IMG/VR virus record: IMGVR_UViG_3300042945_003839
Strand: one strand, 5' to 3'
From: an uncultured virus (IMG/VR IMGVR_UViG_3300042945_003839)
Taxonomy: Duplodnaviria > Heunggongvirae > Uroviricota > Caudoviricetes
DNA: 20,000 nt
This document shows, piece after piece, positions 8,509-16,854 of this stretch. The notes beneath the pieces are model-generated. The model worked only from the letters and a program-made list of their open reading frames with translations, was not told the origin of the DNA and did not search any database. Position numbers and translations under genes: made by a program. Within the stretch, counting starts at the first letter, position 1; every line of letters begins with the position of its first letter.

Positions 8509-11500
8509 TTAAATAATACCTTGTGAGAATAAGAATAAATCTAACGCAGGCGGCGTTGTCCACGTTAAGTTATCGGCTCCGTCAGTTGTTAACAATTGAC
8601 CAGCAGCGCCGTCTTGAGCTGGCAATATCCATATATTATTTGCAGTGACTGTTGCTGGAGACTTAAACCCTACGTAATTGCTGCTATCTAAATCATAAAA
8701 TCTGATTTCTTTTTGTAAGTTTACTCCAAAGTGATCGTTACTCGTAATAACAGTGCCGAAATTTGAACCAATCGGAGCATTAAAATTGATGACGTTATTC
8801 TGATCATCTACTTTAATATAAGTGCTATTCCCCTGAGCACTGTAGTCTCCTATAAAAGTATTGCTGACACCACCAAAAACGAATTCAAGACCTAACGATG
8901 CAGGATCTGGCTCAATAGCAAATAAGTCTCCAGTAGATACAGTAAAAACTGTAAATACTCCAGACTTGGTATTTGTAAAAAGTCCGCTCATGTTACCGCC
9001 AAATAAACTTACAGAATCACCATTCTGTACTAAATCGCCATTCATAGTTACCGTTGCGCCAACGATACCACCACCAAGATTAATATTTGCATTTGTAGAA
9101 CCTATGTTTATAACATTAGCAGCATCACCTATAGATATACTAGTAACAGTTGAATTAAAAATATTAGCGATAGTAGAAGAGCTGCTAGAAATAGTGCCAG
9201 TACCCAATGATATATTTCCTTGAACACCTAAATTACCAGAAATACCTCCTATAAGAGCTGTACCACCTGTGACAGTAAGGGCACTGTTCATGCTTACAGC
9301 ACCCTGTAGAACCGTAGCACCTGTAACAGTTAAATTGTATCCTAAATTAACATTGCCAGTAGAAGAATTTGCTACAATCACATCACCCTTCCATGTACCA
9401 CCAGCAACAGAAGGATCTCTTACGGCAACATAAAAAGCATTATTAGAATCTCTTCCAATTGCCGCCCTAGCATTACTGTTATTTTCAAATGTGATTGTAT
9501 TAAATCCACCATCAGTATCATTAAGATTTATGTCTGGTTCCGATCCATTTATTCTTAATGCACCAACACCATCAACTAAAGAGGGCGCTGTTATAGTAAA
9601 CGGGGCAGTACCAGTAGCAGAAGATACTATTTGCGTAGCTCCGCTCACAGTTAAAGTGCTATTAAAGTGTCCAGCACCCTGATGGACTGAGACACCTGTG
9701 ACAGTAAGAGTACTGTTCATGTTTACAGCACCCTGTAGCGTAGAAGCACCTTGCAAAGTAGAAACACCGGTAACAGTAAAAGTGCCATTAATATTTGTAC
9801 CAGCATTACGAATTGTAGTGGTACCGCTTGCACTTCCTATAGAAATAGTACTACCAGAAGTTGTGCCTATATTTATAGTTGATGCCGTATTCGTGATAAA
9901 ATTAAAAGTAGTCGCTGTGGTAGTTATGCCAAGTCCAGAGGAAATTAATCCATTTACATTAATACCTGAACCATCAAAAGTAAAGTTTCCAGAGCCAGCA
10001 AATGCACCACCATTATTGTATTGAACTTGAGTTGTAGAGCCACCTGGAGTGCCACCACCGCCGCCCACAAGATTTGTACCAGCGCCAGCTGCGCCACCTG
10101 ATATGTCAATATAATATCCTCTAGATGCTGCTCCTTTTTCAAAGAAACGAACTTTATTTTGATATACGTCAATTACAACAGCGCCACCAGTCAGGGTAGA
10201 GTTTGTCGCAGCTGTTCCCAGCTCAAGTTGACCGCCTTCGTCTCCACCAACTGTTCTTAATAACAGATCCGTAGAAGTGATTGTTGTTGCACTAAGCACA
10301 CCAGTAAAAGTAGAAGCCCCAGTTACGGTAAGAATGCCATTTATTGCAGTTGTAGCATTTCTTATAGTTGCAGAGCCACCTGTGCCACCCAGAATGACCG
10401 TATTAGATGCGCCACCTATGTTAAGACCAGTAACTGTAGAATTCAGAAGATTAAATGTAGTAGCAGTAGAAGTAATGTCTCCACCATTTACAGCAATGTC
10501 TCCACTTGCGGTAACGTCTCCAATAAGTGCAGAAGTACCAGTTACAGAAAGTGTGCTATTAAAGTGTCCAGCACCCTGATGCACTGAGGCACCCGTGACG
10601 GTGAGAGTGCCATGCATATTAACTGCACCATTTGGATCAATAGCCATTCTTTGCACCAAAGATGAACCGTTGCTAGTATATAATCCAAGCACTCTAGTAA
10701 TTGGTACTCCAATAGCTCCACCGGATGCAGCAATTGTTCCAGATGTATCGTTGAAACCGATACCAGCCTGACCACTAGAAAGCATGTCGCGATTTATTTC
10801 AAATCTTGGATTAGATTCACTTGAAAAATAACCCTGTATACTATTTACACTAGCTGAAATTCGCGTATTGCTGGCATTTTCTTTTGCAGTCATACTTAAG
10901 AAAGTAGCGCTACTTGTCACGTTCAAAGTACTGTTCATGTTTACAGCACCCTGTAATGTAGAAGCACCTTGTAATGTTGTTACACCTGTAACAGTAAGAG
11001 TGCTATTAAATACTCCAGCACCCTGATGCACTGAGACGCCTGTAACGGTAAGAGTACCGTTGATATTTGTACCAGCATTACGAATTGTAGCAGTCCCACC
11101 TGTGCCACCCAGAACTATAGTATTAGCAGCGCCGAGAACGTTTGCATTGGTAACAGTGGTATTGAGAAGATTAAACGTAGTAGCAGTACTGGTCACAGTG
11201 CCGCCAAGGACTGTCAAATTTCTAGTTACAACACTTCCAGTAGTAGTCATATTTCCATGAACTACCGTTAAATTATTCGAAGTTCCAGTTGCTGATCCAA
11301 TATTAATAAGAGTAGTATTTCCTGTACCAGTACTACCTCCAATGTTTATTGTCTTTATAACACTAAAGCCAGTATTGGTAGCAGCACCCGTACCTCCTAA
11401 TCCAATATTTAAAGTCAAATTTGCATCTATGTCAGGATCGCCTGGCCAAGCAGGTGTACTTAAGGGAAATACATCATAAGAACCAAAATAACTGTTGCCT

Positions 11501-14400
11501 ATAGTCATGTATCCAGACGATGGGAATGGACCAACATCTTGATAAAAACCGATTGCCAAAGAACTGGAGTCATTTGCAGTATCATGAATTCTAAAACCAT
11601 TAGGATAAATCTGCTCTGGTATGTATATGCTAGCATAAGAAGACGCTGTACTTCCAATACCTAATTCACCACCAAAAATGCTAGCAACACCACTCACAGT
11701 AAAAGATCCATGAACTGCAGTTGATGCGTTTCTAATAGTAGTTTTACCACCTGTACCACCAAGCAAAATAGTATTAGCAGCACCAAGCACATTTGCATTC
11801 GTAACTGTAGAATTCAGAAGATTAAATGTAGTAGCAGTAGAAGTAATGTCTCCACCATTGACTGCAATATCTCCACTTGCGGTAACATTTCCAATAAGAG
11901 AAGAAGTGCCAGTTACTGAAAGTGTACTATTAAAGTGTCCAGCGCCTTGATGTACTGAAACACCTGTAACAGTAAGAGTATTGTTCATGTTCACTGCACC
12001 CTGCAATGTCGATGCACCTTGTAATGTTGTTACACCGGTAACCGTAAGAGTGTTGTTGGCATTTACTGCACCCTGGAGCGTAGAAGCACCCTGTAGCGTT
12101 GTGGAACCAGTGACAGTCAGAGTGCTGTTGGCATTTACTGCACCCTGCAGTGTCGATGCACCTTGTAGCGTAGAAACACCAGTGACAGTGAGAGTGCTAT
12201 TAAATACACCAGCACCTTGATGCACTGAGACGCCAGTAACAGTAAGAGTACCGTTGATATTTGTACCAGCATTACGAATTGTAGCAGCTCCGCCTGTACC
12301 ACCTAGAACTATAGTATTAGCAGCGCCACCTATATTGAGACCTGTAACCGTAGCGTTAAGCAAATTGAAAGTAGTAGCAGTACTTGTAATGTCTCCACCT
12401 GCTACTTCTAAATCTCCAGTTAGAGTAAGATTAGAGCTATTTACTCTAGTTAAAGCAGAATCAGTAACTGTTGAACCAAGCGCAGTAGCTGATAGCACTG
12501 TTACGTTAGCAACTTTATAGGTATCGCCGGATGCAATACTAATATTTTCCGTTGACTCCCAGTTATTTCCAGTTGTGTTATATTGCCAACTAATACCGGT
12601 AGAGCCAAGAGTTATACCAGCACCATTTACTGCACTTGTTGTTGTCTGTCCATCCGCAAGAACTATGTTCAAATCGTCTATTGTGACAGTAGTAGAATTG
12701 ACTGTGGTAGTTGCGCCATCAACCACAAGATTACCCTTGACGTTAACCGTAGATCCAGTTGTTCCAGTACCAAGATTGATAATTGCAGACGAAGATCCTA
12801 TATTTACAGTATTAGCAGCACCACCTATGTTTAGACCAGTAACTGTTGAATTAAGAAGATTAAACGTAGTTGCGGTGCTTGTAATGTCTCCACCGTTTAC
12901 TGCAATGTCGTCAACAAATGTTGCTGCACCTGTGACCGAAAGTGTACTGTTAAAGGCACCAGCACCCTGATGCACTGAGACACCTGTAACAGTAAGAGTT
13001 CCATTGACTCTAGTACTAGCATTACGTATCGTAGTAGAGCCACCAGCGGAGCCTAACACAACTGTGTCTGCTGCACCTAGTACGTTAGCATTTGTAACGG
13101 TAGTATTAAGTAAGTTAAAAGTAGTAGAAGCACTAGAAATAGTGTTTCCAAGTACACCTAAAGTACCCTGTAGAGTTGTAGCACCGGTAACAGTTAGATT
13201 ATTATTAAGAGATACAGCACCTTGTAAAACTGTTGCACCGGTTACAGTAAGAGTACTATTAGCATTTACAGCACCCTGTAGCGTAGAAGCGCCCTGAAGA
13301 GTTGTGACACCAGTAACGGTAAGAGTGCCATTAATGTTAGTGCCAGCATTTCTTATTGTAGTAGTCCCACCTGTGCCACCTAACAAGACAGTGTTAGCAC
13401 CACCGCCAATATTAAGACCTGTAACTGTAGCATTTAATAAATTAAATGTAGTTGCAGTAGAAGTAATGTCTCCACCGTTTACTGCAATGTCGTCAACAAA
13501 TGTTGCTGCACCTGTGACCGAAAGTGTACTGTTAAAGGCACCAGCACCTTGATGCACTGAGACACCGGTCACAGTGAGAGTACTGTTCATGTTCACAGCA
13601 CCCTGCAATGTCGATGCACCTTGCAATGTGGTTGCACCAGTGACTGTAAGAGTGCTGTTGGCATTTACTGCACCCTGTAGTGTAGAAGCGCCAGTAACGG
13701 TGAGAGTTCCATTCACTCTAGTGCCAGCATTTCTTATCGTAGTGGTGCCATTTGCTGAGCCAATCACTACTGTGTCAGCACTTCCAAGAACGTTTGCATT
13801 GGTAACCGTGGTGTTGAGAAGATTAAACGTAGTAGCAGCACTGGTTACAGTGCCGCCATTAACTGTCATATTGCCAGTAACAATTGCCGAGTTGTTTATG
13901 GTGGTAGAACCCGTAGTAGATGCAATATTAACAGAACTTCCAGAAGTCGTTCCTATATTGATAGTAGAAGCAGTATTTGTAACAAAATTAAAAATGGATG
14001 TAGTTGTTTGAATATTTCCATTACTTAAAATAATGTTTCCATTAAAAGTTGCAGCTGAATTTGCATAAAAAGTTCCGTTTACATGCAACTTATAAGAGGC
14101 GCTTGTAACACCAACGGCAACATTTCCAGAATAAGGGGCAAGAGCAACAGTGCCGTCAGCGTTGACATCTATGCTTGGAATACCAGATATGTCGTTTACA
14201 CTAAATATAGAACCGGAGCTTAAAGAATCAGTGATAGACAACAACTGACCAGCAGAACCTTCAAAAGACAATGATCCTATTGTACTGTCTAAAACTTTTA
14301 AAGTAATAGGATCATTACCCTGACCAGTGAATATGATCTGAGGCTGCCCAGTAAGGCTCCTGTTGGGTATAATAGAGATATTTTTATCAGAGTCTGCCAT
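8509..14400 (-). CDS. Giant repetitive fibre protein A (tail or capsid fibre-like), 1963 aa
   Basis: Thr/Gly/Asn/Val-rich. Many 6-residue-period repeats (TLTVTG/VSVHQG/AGAFNS; TLQGAS/TLQGAV/NMNS) and GGDITSTATTFNLLN modules. Contains motifs I recognise from phage fibres: TTTVNSTTVTIDD, PGGSTTQVQYNNGGAFAGS, LP..DG..GQLLTTDG..NLTW. Non-repetitive N-terminal domain of about 100 aa. Confidence 0.85.
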   Translation of the reverse strand: MADSDKNISIIPNRSLTGQPQIIFTGQGNDPITLKVLDSTIGSLSFEGSAGQLLSITDSLSSGSIFSVNDISGIPSIDVNADGTVALAPYSGNVAVGVTSASYKLHVNGTFYANSAATFNGNIILSNGNIQTTTSIFNFVTNTASTINIGTTSGSSVNIASTTGSTTINNSAIVTGNMTVNGGTVTSAATTFNLLNTTVTNANVLGSADTVVIGSANGTTTIRNAGTRVNGTLTVTGASTLQGAVNANSTLTVTGATTLQGASTLQGAVNMNSTLTVTGVSVHQGAGAFNSTLSVTGAATFVDDIAVNGGDITSTATTFNLLNATVTGLNIGGGANTVLLGGTGGTTTIRNAGTNINGTLTVTGVTTLQGASTLQGAVNANSTLTVTGATVLQGAVSLNNNLTVTGATTLQGTLGVLGNTISSASTTFNLLNTTVTNANVLGAADTVVLGSAGGSTTIRNASTRVNGTLTVTGVSVHQGAGAFNSTLSVTGAATFVDDIAVNGGDITSTATTFNLLNSTVTGLNIGGAANTVNIGSSSAIINLGTGTTGSTVNVKGNLVVDGATTTVNSTTVTIDDLNIVLADGQTTTSAVNGAGITLGSTGISWQYNTTGNNWESTENISIASGDTYKVANVTVLSATALGSTVTDSALTRVNSSNLTLTGDLEVAGGDITSTATTFNLLNATVTGLNIGGAANTIVLGGTGGAATIRNAGTNINGTLTVTGVSVHQGAGVFNSTLTVTGVSTLQGASTLQGAVNANSTLTVTGSTTLQGASTLQGAVNANNTLTVTGVTTLQGASTLQGAVNMNNTLTVTGVSVHQGAGHFNSTLSVTGTSSLIGNVTASGDIAVNGGDITSTATTFNLLNSTVTNANVLGAANTILLGGTGGKTTIRNASTAVHGSFTVSGVASIFGGELGIGSTASSYASIYIPEQIYPNGFRIHDTANDSSSLAIGFYQDVGPFPSSGYMTIGNSYFGSYDVFPLSTPAWPGDPDIDANLTLNIGLGGTGAATNTGFSVIKTINIGGSTGTGNTTLINIGSATGTSNNLTVVHGNMTTTGSVVTRNLTVLGGTVTSTATTFNLLNTTVTNANVLGAANTIVLGGTGGTATIRNAGTNINGTLTVTGVSVHQGAGVFNSTLTVTGVTTLQGASTLQGAVNMNSTLNVTSSATFLSMTAKENASNTRISASVNSIQGYFSSESNPRFEINRDMLSSGQAGIGFNDTSGTIAASGGAIGVPITRVLGLYTSNGSSLVQRMAIDPNGAVNMHGTLTVTGASVHQGAGHFNSTLSVTGTSALIGDVTASGDIAVNGGDITSTATTFNLLNSTVTGLNIGGASNTVILGGTGGSATIRNATTAINGILTVTGASTFTGVLSATTITSTDLLLRTVGGDEGGQLELGTAATNSTLTGGAVVIDVYQNKVRFFEKGAASRGYYIDISGGAAGAGTNLVGGGGGTPGGSTTQVQYNNGGAFAGSGNFTFDGSGINVNGLISSGLGITTTATTFNFITNTASTINIGTTSGSTISIGSASGTTTIRNAGTNINGTFTVTGVSTLQGASTLQGAVNMNSTLTVTGVSVHQGAGHFNSTLTVSGATQIVSSATGTAPFTITAPSLVDGVGALRINGSEPDINLNDTDGGFNTITFENNSNARAAIGRDSNNAFYVAVRDPSVAGGTWKGDVIVANSSTGNVNLGYNLTVTGATVLQGAVSMNSALTVTGGTALIGGISGNLGVQGNISLGTGTISSSSSTIANIFNSTVTSISIGDAANVINIGSTNANINLGGGIVGATVTMNGDLVQNGDSVSLFGGNMSGLFTNTKSGVFTVFTVSTGDLFAIEPDPASLGLEFVFGGVSNTFIGDYSAQGNSTYIKVDDQNNVINFNAPIGSNFGTVITSNDHFGVNLQKEIRFYDLDSSNYVGFKSPATVTANNIWILPAQDGAAGQLLTTDGADNLTWTTPPALDLFLFSQGII
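10430..11859. repeat. 59-bp exact direct repeat inside fibre A (10430-10488 and 11801-11859), with diverged continuation
   Basis: Base-by-base comparison by eye; offset 1371 (in frame). Confidence 0.8.
12881..13548. repeat. 86-bp exact direct repeat inside fibre A (12881-12966 and 13463-13548)
   Basis: Base-by-base comparison by eye; offset 582 (in frame). Confidence 0.85.
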
Positions 14401-14401
14401 A

Positions 14402-14656
14402 TTAATTTATTATGTTAAAATCTTTCCAATCTGAAGTTGACAAAATACTTAATATTTCAGAATGAGAATACGGACCTTCTTTTGTTAACAATGTTGAAAT
14501 AAACGATGGATCAGAACCTTCCCATTTGATAAACGTCTTACTACCATCTAAAGATTTTCTCATACTATCAGCGGAAGTTTCTAAAATTTCAGAAAAAATT
14601 ATTTTATTAATTTCTGAAACATTAAAAATTAAATATTTTCTATCTTCATATAACAT
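14402..14656 (-). CDS. Small hypothetical phage protein (84 aa)
   Basis: GGAG upstream and stop 1 nt before the fibre A start. The pattern ETSADS.RKS.DG.KTFIKWEG..PSF...GPY.H.EIL resembles small proteins I recall beside LamG genes in aquatic phages (not verified). Confidence 0.8.
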   Translation of the reverse strand: MLYEDRKYLIFNVSEINKIIFSEILETSADSMRKSLDGSKTFIKWEGSDPSFISTLLTKEGPYSHSEILSILSTSDWKDFNIIN

Positions 14657-14679
14657 TTAATTAAAACTCCAAAAACATT

Positions 14680-14835
14680 TTAAGGACCATTTTGATTCAA
14701 CTCATCTAAATATGAAATGCATTCTTGCTCTGTTACTCCATTGAACAGCACGTTACCATTAGAATCAACTACCTGATAGATTGGCTCACTAATAGAAGAA
14801 TTTATTAAAAAATTGTCGTTTCTTATTATATTCAT
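14680..14835 (-). CDS. Small hypothetical protein (51 aa), absent from ORF track
   Basis: ATG at 14835 overlaps the LamG stop (ATGA). Manual translation MNIIRNDNFLINSSISEPIYQVVDSNGNVLFNGVTEQECISYLDELNQNGP, TAA at 14682-14680. Fills the gap almost exactly. Confidence 0.75.
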   Translation of the reverse strand: MNIIRNDNFLINSSISEPIYQVVDSNGNVLFNGVTEQECISYLDELNQNGP

Positions 14836-15452
14836 AATCGATTTTTTAGTAAATCATACATGTTTGTAATTTCACTATCAGATAAGTCTTTATTATAAAA
14901 TTTTACCATTTCCACCTTATGTATATTACTTCTTCCAAGAACATTACCATCTATTAATATATTGCTGCTACCAGACCCCAAAGTACCACTGCCAGTCCTT
15001 ACTCCGACTTTAGATCTATTTATCCACAATTGACCACCTAACGAAGAACTGTACTGCAAAGCAACAAAGTATGTTGTGTTTTGACTTGCCTTAAATTGAC
15101 CGCTAATTCCCTGCCACACACCTCCTGCATTAGCGTACCAACCTAGAAGATTTTCATTCTGTGGAGCTGTGCCTAAATAATTTTGAAAGTGATAAAATAC
15201 AAAACTTGCGTCATTAGTTCCACTATTCCATTTATTTACGGGATGGTACGCATATTGCGTATTAGATCCAATAATTCTTATGATTACAATCACTGTTAAT
15301 GCAGTAGCTCCATTAGACCAAGATGGATTCCCCAAGTTTTGCAAATCTATTAAATTGTAAAAAGTATCTCCAGAAAATGACTTTCTATTTCTAGAGTCTA
15401 AAGACATAGCTAAGTTTGAGCGAACTATGTTGGGACCAGAATGAACTCCCAT
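14832..15452 (-). CDS. LamG/concanavalin A-like jelly-roll protein, paralogue 3 (divergent), 206 aa
   Basis: N-terminus MGVHSGPNIVRSNLAMSLDSRNRKSF and C-terminus VKFYNKDLSDSEI match the pattern of its two neighbours. TAATG coupling. Confidence 0.75.
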   Translation of the reverse strand: MGVHSGPNIVRSNLAMSLDSRNRKSFSGDTFYNLIDLQNLGNPSWSNGATALTVIVIIRIIGSNTQYAYHPVNKWNSGTNDASFVFYHFQNYLGTAPQNENLLGWYANAGGVWQGISGQFKASQNTTYFVALQYSSSLGGQLWINRSKVGVRTGSGTLGSGSSNILIDGNVLGRSNIHKVEMVKFYNKDLSDSEITNMYDLLKNRL

Positions 15453-16123
15453 TATAAACCAAACCTTCCACGAAGAGCGTTAAAATTTTGTAAAATTTCT
15501 TGTGGAGACAAAGCTCTGTTGTATATAAAAACATTAGAAACATCTCCGTTTAGATAGCGCTCTAATCCATCATCTTTACCAATAGTAGTATCTCCAGTAT
15601 CAGAATTTAGTGTAGACACTACAGATTGTTGACCTGACTGAGATCCATTTAAAAATATCCTAAAGTCTCCACTATTGTAAGTCATGGCATAATTATTAAA
15701 AACAGTTATAGAATTAGGAACAACTGTTTGTTGAGCCCAGGCCGGAGTAGAAACTCTGACATAGTAAATAACATCTTTTGAATTTAAACTTGGATGAATT
15801 ATAAATTGATCTCTTTTTGAGACTAACTGACCAACATCATCCCATAGAGCAGTATTAGATTTACACCATATAGAAACAGTTAGCTGATTGGTTGTAGAAA
15901 AGTCAAATAAACCCGGAACATTTACATAATCATTCGTACCATCAAACGTCAATAATCCTCCATTAGAACTGCTAAAACCAACGCCGTTTATCAAAGTTCC
16001 AGAAGTAGATCCAGTCAGATTAGACCAATTAGTGCCAGTACCAGGATAACTTTTTAAGTTTGCTGCATCTAAACACAAAATCAAACCTTCAGTAACAATT
16101 GAAGGTGAGTGGGAAAGCGCCAT
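15452..16123 (-). CDS. LamG/concanavalin A-like jelly-roll protein, paralogue 2, 223 aa
   Basis: FDGTNDYV, TVSIWCK, IFLNG, YLNGDVSNVFIYNRALSPQEI are characteristic Laminin_G_3-type motifs. Confidence 0.88.
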   Translation of the reverse strand: MALSHSPSIVTEGLILCLDAANLKSYPGTGTNWSNLTGSTSGTLINGVGFSSSNGGLLTFDGTNDYVNVPGLFDFSTTNQLTVSIWCKSNTALWDDVGQLVSKRDQFIIHPSLNSKDVIYYVRVSTPAWAQQTVVPNSITVFNNYAMTYNSGDFRIFLNGSQSGQQSVVSTLNSDTGDTTIGKDDGLERYLNGDVSNVFIYNRALSPQEILQNFNALRGRFGL

Positions 16124-16818
16124 TAGATACCGAACCTTCCTCTGAGAGCGTTAAAATTTTTAATAACTTGTTCATCATTAATTTGAGAACCATAAATTTT
16201 TATTGCAAATATTTTGCCATAAAAATAATACGTACCAGCATTAAATGAAATATAATTTGTACTACTTTGAGAATTAAGCGTTGCATGACCGGAAGTGGAT
16301 GCAATAGCATTTTTTTTGACACCATCAACCCATATGTCATAATTAGATCCATTCCAATTATAAACCCAATTATGATAACCAGCTGGAATAGTTATATTTA
16401 AATAGGTATATTTTCCTCCACTTAAAATGTGTAAAGTCTCATTAGTCATAACTCCATCCCATCCACCCAAATTTAAACCTAAACCAGAAAGATTTCTAAA
16501 CAAACTTTGATAAGTTGAAGGACCACCAACGCTACCATTATTGGCATTTATTTGAGAATTATTATACACCCAAAAGTCTAAACAATATGGGGTGTAAGTA
16601 AAAGCATCTATAGTCGCATGATCGTCTACTCCATCAAAATCAAATGCACCACCATTGGTAGAACTAAAAGTAGGACTATTAACAAGTGTAGCGTTTCTTA
16701 AATTTCCAGTTAAATCATTCCATTTTGTACCTCCAACAGAATAACTTTTGACGTTTGCTGCATCAAAATAAATCACTAAACCATCAGTTACTATTCCGGG
16801 ATTGTACAAAGTAGCCAT
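16123..16818 (-). CDS. LamG/concanavalin A-like jelly-roll protein, paralogue 1, 231 aa
   Basis: FDFDGVDDH, DFWVY, IWVDG, FYGKIFAIKIY. Shares IVT.GL...DAAN.KSY and NFNALRGRFG[IL] with paralogue 2. Confidence 0.85.
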   Translation of the reverse strand: MATLYNPGIVTDGLVIYFDAANVKSYSVGGTKWNDLTGNLRNATLVNSPTFSSTNGGAFDFDGVDDHATIDAFTYTPYCLDFWVYNNSQINANNGSVGGPSTYQSLFRNLSGLGLNLGGWDGVMTNETLHILSGGKYTYLNITIPAGYHNWVYNWNGSNYDIWVDGVKKNAIASTSGHATLNSQSSTNYISFNAGTYYFYGKIFAIKIYGSQINDEQVIKNFNALRGRFGI

Positions 16819-16854
16819 GAAAAATAATACCTTTCTATCAACAACCGCTATAGT

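Noticed and set aside
8509..14400. Bacterial autotransporter, haemagglutinin or S-layer protein interpretation of the giant proteins
   Set aside because: No signal peptide on fibre A, no C-terminal beta-barrel or anchor on either protein, and the terminase plus operon context indicate phage structural genes.
16819..16854. Rho-independent terminator after fibre B
   Set aside because: Only a weak 4-bp pairing (CTAT/ATAG) and no GC-rich stem followed by a U tract.
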